In this document: one piece after another, positions 54,453 to 62,540 of the stretch
Numbering within the stretch: the stretch's first letter is position 1
Layout: every line of letters starts with the position of its first letter
Origin: an uncultured virus (IMG/VR IMGVR_UViG_3300002162_000001)
Lineage: Duplodnaviria; Heunggongvirae; Uroviricota; Caudoviricetes
Virus record (IMG/VR): IMGVR_UViG_3300002162_000001
Span: 1-64,000 of that record
Strand: one strand, 5' to 3'
DNA: 64,000 nucleotides
Notes under the pieces: generated by a model
Told to the model about the DNA's origin: nothing
Seen by the model: only the letters and a program-made list of their open reading frames with translations
Database searches by the model: none
Position numbers and translations under genes: made by a program

Positions 54453-55505
54453 ACAATTTTAAAAAATTATCCATAATTCCCCCGACTAACTCAATATTAA
54501 AATTTTACTCGGGTTAATATCAATTTCTATAGCCTTTTGTTTAAATTTTAGTATAAGAACTTCGTCTTTTATTACTATAGAATTTAGATTTGTAATCATT
54601 CTATAAACATACTCATTCCATTTTTTAAAAGAATAATTACTCGCTATTCTCAGCATTTCATTAGAACTAAGACGTAATGAATAAAGTTTATTGTTATTAT
54701 AATAATAGTAATAATTATCTGTCTTTATTAAACTTGATCCTTCCACATTAAAACCTCCAAATTATTTAATATTCAACTAGTTACATTATTATATTTTATA
54801 TCTTAAAATAAGCTTTTTATATTATGGCGCTATCTATTTATTAAAATATTTATTTTCAATCATTATGCTTTGCTCAAGCTCTTCTTCACTAAAATGTATT
54901 TCTTTGGCCTTATCAACATCTATTAAAATATTGCTGCTAACGTCAAATCCTTCTTTTGATTTTGTATCAAGGTACTGATTCCATTTTTTGTGTGCAAATA
55001 ATCCATTGGTTGTATTAATTTTAATAGCCTCAGTTCCTACGAATTTATTATCTTTTTTTAACATAATTAATGATACAAACATTTTTAAGTCTCCTTTCCT
55101 TCTATTAAAAGATGAATTTGATTAGATGTCAAACTTAAATTCAATTTTTGTATTATGAATACTCTTTGCTAGCTCTGTTAAATTATTATCCTCTAGTTTA
55201 CCTTTATTCTTAACAGTTACTTCATATATAACTTTTTCTTTTATCTTACTCTCTAAACCTTCCATATCACTCATTGTCTCCTTACATTTTGAAATGAATT
55301 CTGAAACTGGCATAATTTCTGATCTACTTATTTCATCCCATACCCACGCATGAGTTCCGTCATCGATTAAATCAATCCTACAGCTATCTTCATAAAAAAT
55401 ATGTTTATCAAATTTATACCTAATTATCATGTATAACACGTTTCCACAATAATACGGTCTGTTATCAATTTGAAGAATTACCTTTGCTTTTACTGAAATA
55501 TTCAT
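54093..55505 (-). other. Hypothetical genes (54093-54422, 54486-54746, 54834-55082, 55122-55505)
   Basis: Co-oriented ORFs with RBSs. Confidence 0.6.
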
Positions 55506-55534
55506 TTTTAATACAACTCCTATTACAATATTAT

Positions 55535-56170
55535 TTAATTTGAAACTACAAACCTAACAGGAACTAATCTAATATTATGTTTTATTAAAACTAACAACCT
55601 AGTATACTTGTCCACTACTATTACATTACCTTCAGCAAAACTATTTTTAATTACTGTGATAGGTTTGTCTATAACTCCATTCTCTAAAAAATACTTTTCT
55701 TGTTTCTGATATTTCGGGCCATTAGGACAATGTTTCTTCAAGAATTTAGCTATACTTACTTTACCTATTGGATATAGTTCATCAGTTCCGGCTGGGATCT
55801 TACTTGTATCATTTGATTTGTCCACAATTCCTATTTCTCTAACAAATCTTTGATGATCATATTTACCGTCAATTACTATGCACCGGATGGGTTTGTTGAG
55901 TGCTCTTGCTACTGTCAGCCACTTTAAACCAGTAACTAGACTATATTTACCTTCGTATTCTCCTGATAAGAACTGGCGCACTATAACTACCTTATCAATA
56001 TATTCCTTATCCTCAAATGCAGTTAAAAGATTCTTAATACGAATATATTTTGAATTAATATGAATTCTTTCAGTTAATAATATATCCTTCTGGTCAATAA
56101 CCTCAGTAATCTTACCTGTTTTCCACTCTGCAAACTTAGTTTGATTCAATTCGATAATTTCTTTTTTCAT
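55535..56170 (-). CDS. Protein with two ParB-N/Srx-like domains
   Basis: Two similar halves 'IDKVVIVR...YSLVTG.KWL..A...KPIRCIV' and 'IDKPITV...VVDKYTRL.......LVPVRFV'. Confidence 0.5.
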   Translation of the reverse strand: MKKEIIELNQTKFAEWKTGKITEVIDQKDILLTERIHINSKYIRIKNLLTAFEDKEYIDKVVIVRQFLSGEYEGKYSLVTGLKWLTVARALNKPIRCIVIDGKYDHQRFVREIGIVDKSNDTSKIPAGTDELYPIGKVSIAKFLKKHCPNGPKYQKQEKYFLENGVIDKPITVIKNSFAEGNVIVVDKYTRLLVLIKHNIRLVPVRFVVSN

Positions 56171-56206
56171 GATAATCTCTCCTTCATAGTTTTATTTGAT
56201 ATATTT

Positions 56207-56235
56207 AGTTTACTACAATACTATTTATTATACAA
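56207..56235 (-). promoter_or_regulatory. SigmaA promoter with motif A as spacer
   Basis: TTGTAT-aataaatagtattgtag-TAAACT. Confidence 0.75.
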
Positions 56236-56475
56236 GTGTTTTAAAAATTAATCTTCATAATTTATCCAACCATTCTCGTTTCTCATCATCCATAATCATT
56301 TTCTCGAATTTCTTAATAGTAACCCTCTCCCCATATTTCTGTCTATAGTTTGTTAGATTACTCATAAAAGAATATTCACTACAGCAGCAATTAACTAACG
56401 TACCATCAACATAAATTCTATTCTCTTTCATTATTCCTCAGCTCCTTTCCTTTTAATATCCTATGGTACATGGAA

Positions 56476-57555
56476 TTACTCCTCCACAGCACCTCTTAAT
56501 TTATTAGCCGGAGTACTTTCAACTATATCATTAAGTCGTTTGTCCTCATCGGATATTTTGGCTCCTAAATCAGTATAAATCTGTGTTGTGCTAATGCGTT
56601 TTTGTCCTAACAACTCTTGTAGGTCTGACATATCTGCTAAACCATATTGATACATCAAGGTGGCTGCTGTATACCTTAATTTATATGTTGTAATACTGGA
56701 GTTATTTACACCAGATAAAGAAACATATTTCTTTATAGTATTTCCAATTTGTGATGTGGATATTCTATTTTCTTTCATACTTAAAAATAATGGAGCATTA
56801 GAATTTTCTATAATGTTATCTCTATTAATTAAATTTCTTTCTTGTAAGTATAATTTTAATGCTTCTATACATACATCATTTAAATATATAACTCGTTCTT
56901 CATCACCTCTACCAATAACTTTTAATGTTCTTTCAACTAATGATATTGAATTTAAGTTTATACTTGTCAATTCTGAAATTATTATGCCGCAATTTAAGAA
57001 TAATATTATCATGCAATAATTTCTGAGTCCATTTGGTTCAAATCTTCTATTCCATGCATCGTCTATATAAATATTCGTTTGATCTAAAGACATATGAACG
57101 TGATTTGGCTTAGGAATAGATATAGAATCTAATTCTCCAGCAATATTAAACTTAATTGATTTCTCTTTCTTATAAAGATATGTAAAAAATGATTTTAAAA
57201 TAGATACTTTTGTGCTTCTAGTCCCTATCTTATTATTCAATATATTTTCACAAAAATCAAAATATTTATCAATATCTTTTAAGGTAATAGACTGTATAAA
57301 TAGAGATTGAATACCCATAATTTCAACAACTGCACTTTTAAAAATTATATCTGAATTTATTTTCCCTCTAATAGAGATTGTTCTACTTTTATACAACTTC
57401 ATAAATTTAAAAAATTGGACTAAATTAGTTGTATATGAAGCAACCGTCCTTGGAGATTTGTTTTTTATTGTAGCTAAATAATTGACGAGTGATTCTGGAA
57501 GTTGTTCTCTCTTTTTATTAGCTATCTGAGCAACCTTACTTATTTTCTTTACCAT
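56476..57555 (-). CDS. XerC/XerS-like tyrosine recombinase with degenerate active site
   Basis: 'SPRTVASY', 'RNYCMIILFLNCGIIISEL', 'YKLRYTAAT', 'LLGQKRISTTQIYT'. Confidence 0.88.
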   Translation of the reverse strand: MVKKISKVAQIANKKREQLPESLVNYLATIKNKSPRTVASYTTNLVQFFKFMKLYKSRTISIRGKINSDIIFKSAVVEIMGIQSLFIQSITLKDIDKYFDFCENILNNKIGTRSTKVSILKSFFTYLYKKEKSIKFNIAGELDSISIPKPNHVHMSLDQTNIYIDDAWNRRFEPNGLRNYCMIILFLNCGIIISELTSINLNSISLVERTLKVIGRGDEERVIYLNDVCIEALKLYLQERNLINRDNIIENSNAPLFLSMKENRISTSQIGNTIKKYVSLSGVNNSSITTYKLRYTAATLMYQYGLADMSDLQELLGQKRISTTQIYTDLGAKISDEDKRLNDIVESTPANKLRGAVEE

Positions 57556-57635
57556 TTATATCACCCTTTCAATTAATATTCTATATACTAAAAACATACT
57601 ACTCTATCAAGTTTATGTCAATTAAAATAACGGAT

Positions 57636-58638
57636 TTATGGTAATTCATTAAGCCATTTAAAAAAATCAAATATTGTTTCAAACTTCTTTTCATATTTTT
57701 TACTAGATTGTATTTCTGTAACATTGACAACTACAGGTTTACAATATTCTTGAGTAGCCTCAACAAATAAAGTTTCAGCCCCATTATTAATTATAATTTC
57801 ACCTACATATTCAAACTTCCTTACTTTTTCATACATTTTGTTAATCCATCCCTTCTCTTACCTTAATATGTTTATCTAATAATGAGTATATCATAAACAG
57901 GACTATCTATACTATTTATTTTTAGCACTATTAAAATTACCTTTTTAACTGAATGTTTATATTTTAGCAATTAGGTGGCTCTGAGGGATTAAAAGTATTA
58001 TCTATTTTAGAATCTCTTTTAGATTCCTTACTTTTAATTATTTTTTCTTTTCTTTTCTCTGTAAGATCAATAATATTACCTATACTTTTCTTATCTTTCA
58101 TATTGTTCACATACTTTTTCAAACTCAGCAGTTTTAATTTTAAGACGATCAACTATCTTCAAAACAACATCTTCACTATCAAATTTAATAGACATCTCCA
58201 ACCCTTCTGAATACTCTTTCAAAACTTTTGCATATTCAAGCACCTTATCTTCACTCTTCATAATATTTATCCTCCTCTTAAATGTTATCTTTTATATTAT
58301 AATTCTCTTTTCACATTATACATTATTGGAATTTCTTTCATGTATTGAACTAATTCCTCTTGCTCAAACGTAATATTACTAAAGAATCCATCAATTCTTA
58401 TGGTAACATCTCTTTGTACATCTTCAACTGTAGCTCCAAATGGAGTAAATACATCAAGAAATGGGATAATCATAAAATCTTTTGCCTTTATAATATAGGT
58501 ATGAACTTTGGATATATCTGCACAATAATTACAAACTATAGGAAGTACATAAAACAAATCCTTTTCTGTTTTATTAATTACTTTAATTGATTTACCTTCG
58601 TACTTATTTCTTACAACTTTAAATAATTTAATGTCCAT
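57636..58638 (-). other. Small hypothetical genes (57636-57836, 57964-58101, 58091-58261, 58297-58638)
   Basis: ORFs with RBSs; 58091-58261 (56 aa, MKSEDKVLEY...) is missing from the ORF track. Confidence 0.55.
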
Positions 58639-58686
58639 TATTAAATCTCCTCTCTTAATTTAAAAAACTACTCTTATAATATACCA

Positions 58687-60345
58687 TTAAACAACCATAT
58701 CTTTAGTTATTTTTATTCTCTCAAACCCTATAGCAGCACTAGAACCTAAATAAGAACCAATATTCAATACTAGCCCTTGGAGTGAATAGAAACAGGTATT
58801 ACTCTTATAACTAATAGATACATAGGAATCATTTTCTCGAGACTTAACTATTCCAGTTTTATCCATATCTATATTCAGAAAGTTAATAGGATCTTGAACC
58901 TGTATCATCTCTACAGGATAAGTTTCACCGTCCTTCCAAATAAGTATATATAGGTAATAGGAATTTTTATATTGACTTGCTTTTTTAATTTCATTAATAG
59001 TCATAAAAAAATCAGATTTCAATGAATTGGCAGTCTTTACTTCTATCCTGCGAACTGTATTACTAGAATCATAAAGATCGTATCCGTATCTATCATCAAT
59101 TTTGTAAACTCTTTTGTCCCCATATTCTCTATTTAACATATCACATAAAAATTCTTCCCCGGATGCCCCTTTAGCAGTGTTTTTAGCCGCAAACTTACTT
59201 TCAAATCCATCGTCTTTTCTAGGTGGAACTATGTCTTTATCATCTCTCTCATAATTCTTATATTCTTCCAGTAAGTCATCTTTATTAGATTCTTCTAAAT
59301 TCTTGTAGTCTTCTTGTGATTCCTCAAATAAAATTTGATCCTCGAACTGCAAAAAATAGTTTGTCCTATTTTCGTTGAGTCCCCTAACATTCAAGTACAC
59401 TTTGTAATATTTATACATATTTATATAGTCGCGTATAGTGTTATGATTTTCAATGATTCCATTTTTACCTGATTTTAATTTACCATGATGATATAATATT
59501 GTGTTAATTTCATCAGAAGTCAATTCACGTTGTAAAGAATCTTCTTTGCTTTTTAACCCATCTAATATACCTGCAACTATTACCGTCCCAGGACACAATA
59601 CCTTTTCAATCATATCATCATCTTCATATTTAGCTAACTTATTTGATATATTATTAAATGATACCTGTGCTACTGATCCGTTACGTTTACCAAGCCTTGT
59701 ACGTCCCTTATCATTAATTTGAAATAATACTTCGCTTTTATTTGATAGTGTAATCCTTTTTAATATATCCATGCTTTTATTAGGTATATTGATTATTTTG
59801 CTGTCAAGTTTTATTGTGTTTTTATCAAAATCACAATCACTTATTTTCACTTCCTCAATTTCAGTTTTGGTTAAACCTTCATATGCTAATATAAGTGCTA
59901 CACAATCTCTGGGAATGGGCTGTATTCTTTCAATTATATTGTAGACATATTCTCTGTTTAATATAATTTGACCCCAAAAATAATTAAAGTATACATATCT
60001 CTCTATCTCATGTCTATCTTCTATAGAAACTAAATCTAAATTAGAATGAAATTTATTATTTAAATTTCCCCAAGTTATAAAACTAGTTAGTGCTGATTTA
60101 TAACTTGTATAGGACTTATATGACTCTAATTTCCTAAAATATGTTGCTATTTCTAACTCAGTAAACTCAAAGAACTGTTTATTGAGTTGTGATTCGTACT
60201 TAGCTAAAGAAGAAAATATTCTTCTTAAAGTTTTTTGCTTAGTTTCATCCCCATCTAATGTTCCAATGTATTCTTCTTTTAATCCTTTAGGTTTATAGGG
60301 CAAACCCCCTTTATAAGGTCTTCCAGCTCTTTTTTTCACTTCCAT
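58687..60345 (-). CDS. Integrase-fold (MrpR/YopR-like) protein fused to a DUF3883-type nuclease domain
   Basis: AT-hook-like 'RAGRP', 'RDCVALILAYEGL...EI..VK.SD'; C-terminal 'GASGEEF...GYDL...IEVK...FFMTINE'. Confidence 0.7.
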   Translation of the reverse strand: MEVKKRAGRPYKGGLPYKPKGLKEEYIGTLDGDETKQKTLRRIFSSLAKYESQLNKQFFEFTELEIATYFRKLESYKSYTSYKSALTSFITWGNLNNKFHSNLDLVSIEDRHEIERYVYFNYFWGQIILNREYVYNIIERIQPIPRDCVALILAYEGLTKTEIEEVKISDCDFDKNTIKLDSKIINIPNKSMDILKRITLSNKSEVLFQINDKGRTRLGKRNGSVAQVSFNNISNKLAKYEDDDMIEKVLCPGTVIVAGILDGLKSKEDSLQRELTSDEINTILYHHGKLKSGKNGIIENHNTIRDYINMYKYYKVYLNVRGLNENRTNYFLQFEDQILFEESQEDYKNLEESNKDDLLEEYKNYERDDKDIVPPRKDDGFESKFAAKNTAKGASGEEFLCDMLNREYGDKRVYKIDDRYGYDLYDSSNTVRRIEVKTANSLKSDFFMTINEIKKASQYKNSYYLYILIWKDGETYPVEMIQVQDPINFLNIDMDKTGIVKSRENDSYVSISYKSNTCFYSLQGLVLNIGSYLGSSAAIGFERIKITKDMVV

Positions 60346-60401
60346 TCCATTTTCCCCTTTTCTTTATTAATTTCCTTTTAAAATATTCTTTTTATATTAC
60401 G

Positions 60402-60647
60402 TTACATCTCTCGACCAGTTCCATCACAGGCTCCACACTTTATATTGTTCCCATCTTTATCTGCGCTATCATNCCAGCCAGTTCCATTACAAGCAGTACA
60501 CTTAGCCTTATATAATCTCTTAGTTAGCTCATCTTGAACAGATTCAGCCCAATCACTATGAGAACCTTGTATTTCATATAAATCTTCAATCTTATTGAGA
60601 GCCTTTTGTAAGTTCGCTATCAACCATTCGTTAAATTCATTATCCAT
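60402..60647 (-). CDS. Small protein with DnaJ-type CxxCxGxG zinc finger
   Basis: 'CTACNGTG', 'CGACDGTG'. Confidence 0.65.
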   Translation of the reverse strand: MDNEFNEWLIANLQKALNKIEDLYEIQGSHSDWAESVQDELTKRLYKAKCTACNGTGWXDSADKDGNNIKCGACDGTGREM

Positions 60648-60727
60648 AATTAATCTCTCCTCTATTTAAATATTATTTCTATATTATACCATATAGTTTC
60701 TAATGAAATTTTGATTTCAATCGAATT

Positions 60728-60814
60728 TTATATGTCACCAGCTTTGAAATTATATGTTGGCTTCACAATATCTAATATATCTACAGTACCTTCAATATTA
60801 TCAATAATCTCTTG
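60728..60814 (-). pseudogene. rtcB: 3' fragment of an RtcB RNA ligase gene
   Basis: Translates as QEIIDNIEGTVDILDIVKPTYNFKAGDI*, matching the RtcB C-terminal pattern 'TV.I...KP.YNFKA'; no in-frame start. Confidence 0.6.
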
Positions 60815-60913
60815 CCTATATAGCGTATATACTGCAAGTACTCTATCTTACCGTTTTTATTTTTAAGTTTTATTGCATATTTATATTCTTCCCACATAAT
60901 AAGCTCCTTTCAG

Positions 60914-61111
60914 TTAGTGAACAATAATCTCAAATTGTTCCTTATCTATCTCTTTTATATCACTATTTTCTCTATTACTAATAGCTGGGGACTCTTGATC
61001 TTTAGATATTCTAGCTCCACAGTTATCACAAATCCATATCTTTGAATTTGTATTTGAAGAATACCAATCCTTTTTGCATTTAGGACATATTCTTTTCATC
61101 ATTAACAACAC
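60914..61111 (-). CDS. Small zinc-ribbon protein
   Basis: 'CPKC...WICDNCG'. Confidence 0.65.
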   Translation of the reverse strand: MLLMMKRICPKCKKDWYSSNTNSKIWICDNCGARISKDQESPAISNRENSDIKEIDKEQFEIIVH

Positions 61112-61131
61112 TCCCTTTTATCCTTTAAGTT

Positions 61132-61160
61132 AAAGCAAAAGGGAGAATAAATCTCCCTTT
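61132..61160 (-). terminator. Intrinsic terminator after the pro-peptide gene
   Basis: AAAGGGAGA-loop-TCTCCCTTT then TGCTTT on the minus strand. Confidence 0.75.
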
Positions 61161-61168
61161 AAATCAGG

Positions 61169-61315
61169 TTATGAACCTGGTGGATCAACCAACATTTTTA
61201 TGTTCTTTTGATTTTTTGTTGCATCGGCACTTTTCTGAGCTGTTGCAACATTTAGCATAGTTATAACAACCAATACTACTATAATAATCTTTACGAATTT
61301 TCTTACGTTTCTCAT
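61169..61315 (-). CDS. Secreted signalling pro-peptide (AimP/Phr-like), 48 aa, not in ORF track
   Basis: AGGAGGTG RBS; MRNVRKFVKIIIVVLVVITMLNVATAQKSADATKNQKNIKMLVDPPGS* has a basic N-region, hydrophobic core, A-T-A cleavage site and Pro/Gly-rich C-terminus. Confidence 0.85.
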   Translation of the reverse strand: MRNVRKFVKIIIVVLVVITMLNVATAQKSADATKNQKNIKMLVDPPGS

Positions 61316-61369
61316 CTTTAATCACCTCCTTAAAAGTAGTTTATATAATAAAGGAGAACTTAATCCCCG

Positions 61370-61906
61370 TTATATGCTTTTATTTAAACCGTTTCTCATT
61401 TCTTCAAGAACGTCATTCTTTTTCATATCTCCAATATTATTAACTATGATTTTGAAATTCAATTCTTCGTATAGTCCAATATACTTCTTCATACCTTTTA
61501 CATCATTTAGCACCTTTGATCTGTTAAACATTGATATTAAAGCATAATTCTTTTCGCCCACAAGATTATAATAATCGATACATATATCAAACATTTCTAC
61601 GGATTCTTTTTTACATCCTAACTCATCGGCACATTCCCCAATTAGCCAGCAATTCATTACGAAATTATTATCTATTTTCGCACAATAATCTTTTGCTGTC
61701 TTCCCGAGATTATAAGCAGATTCTACTAATCCTAATTTTTTGTTTGCTACTGCTAGATTATAATTAGCCCACTGGAACTCATCGAATTGAAATGTATCTT
61801 TTAAATTATCTAAGTATTTAACACATAGCACACTCATTAATTCATAATCTTCTACAATTTTAGCTTTACGAATTTCCATCCTTTTCTCTTCATATATATC
61901 TAGCAT
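61370..61906 (-). CDS. Short TPR-repeat protein, candidate RRNPP-type peptide receptor without HTH
   Basis: TPR-like helices 'ANYNLAVANKKLGLVESAY', 'NCWLIGECADELGCKKESVEMF', 'SMFNRSK'; directly upstream of the pro-peptide. Confidence 0.7.
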   Translation of the reverse strand: MLDIYEEKRMEIRKAKIVEDYELMSVLCVKYLDNLKDTFQFDEFQWANYNLAVANKKLGLVESAYNLGKTAKDYCAKIDNNFVMNCWLIGECADELGCKKESVEMFDICIDYYNLVGEKNYALISMFNRSKVLNDVKGMKKYIGLYEELNFKIIVNNIGDMKKNDVLEEMRNGLNKSI

Positions 61907-62449
61907 TTATATTTCCTCCTCAATAAAATTTGTATAATCTTTATCTATTAACTTGCAGTATATTTTAAATTCTGAAATCTTTATTCTTATTTCATCATTC
62001 AATTCTCTGTCATTAATATTAAATTTCTTTTTAAATTTTTCTAACTCTTTAATACTATTGACCATACCTTCAATTCTTTGTTTCTGTATTATTTCAAAAT
62101 TGTCATTTCTTACTCCAAACTGATTGTTGATAGCTTGTAATATCGTGTCCATCTTCTGAGCGTTCACAAAGCCCACCTTAGACAGTAAATCAATTCTAGG
62201 AACTGTTCGTACTTGATTGCAAAGTACCATTGAATCGTGGTCTAAGCCACTCTCTATACCTATATGTATATTTGCAGGGTTTCTATTAAGTGTTGAAGTA
62301 ATAGGAACTATATTAATCAAATCACTGTTATCCATACTCTTTTTACAACTTAAAATTATAACTGGGTGCTTACCTTGAAGTAGTTCAAATGCCCCGTGTA
62401 ATTCTGCAATAAATATATCTGATCTTCTTACTAATTTATTATCGTTCAT
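61907..62449 (-). CDS. MazF/PemK-family protein with C-terminal helical extension
   Basis: 'RRSDIFIAEL...GKHPVIILS...IVPITS...DSMVLCNQVRTV...KVG'; GAGGTG RBS before ATG 62449 (track start 62494). Confidence 0.88.
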   Translation of the reverse strand: MNDNKLVRRSDIFIAELHGAFELLQGKHPVIILSCKKSMDNSDLINIVPITSTLNRNPANIHIGIESGLDHDSMVLCNQVRTVPRIDLLSKVGFVNAQKMDTILQAINNQFGVRNDNFEIIQKQRIEGMVNSIKELEKFKKKFNINDRELNDEIRIKISEFKIYCKLIDKDYTNFIEEEI

Positions 62450-62540
62450 AACGCACCTCTTTATTATTGTTTGAGGATGACACACATTTGCCATCCATAT
62501 ATATAATATTATTTAATATAACGTAATAATACAATATTAT

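Larger units (their letters stand above)
564..60394. repeat. Dispersed motif B, palindrome TAAAA-N6-TTTTA at gene junctions, about 35 copies
   Basis: Perfect at 564, 5935, 6446, 9161, 12076, 14172, 17472, 17911, 18312, 19402, 24951, 25518, 26584, 28902, 42074, 45712, 46578, 51489, 54804, 57932, 60379; one mismatch at 1930, 6171, 8829, 10690, 20522, 23963, 24309, 41138, 46097, 54080, 55106, 57623, 58279, 58661. Confidence 0.85.
5908..62519 (-). repeat. Dispersed motif A, about 30 copies (plus-strand A(C/T)AATA(C/T)TATTTA(T/G/A)TAT)
   Basis: Copies near 5908, 7981, 9634, 10063, 12096, 14808, 18538, 19386, 19744, 20768, 26031, 28460, 28677, 31137, 35616, 36689, 39703, 40676, 40793, 41377, 41671, 43002, 45367, 47368, 50220, 51064, 51144, 53508, 55525, 56215, 62503. 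Confidence 0.9.

Noticed and set aside
54690..54720. TAT/AAT run encoding NYYYYYNNN
   Set aside because: Low-complexity AT-rich sequence with no evidence of function
56476..57555. Active phage integrase
   Set aside because: Most catalytic residues are substituted, and the serine recombinase with its att-like site explains integration
564..60394. Motif B as ordinary intrinsic terminators
   Set aside because: The stems are AU-only and 5 bp with no GC core, and they sit inside apparent operons next to RBSs
60473..60473. X residue in ORF 60402-60647
   Set aside because: Caused by a single ambiguous base (n), not recoding
61370..61906. Canonical AimR call
   Set aside because: It is about half the expected length with no N-terminal HTH, so it is reported only as an RRNPP-like candidate
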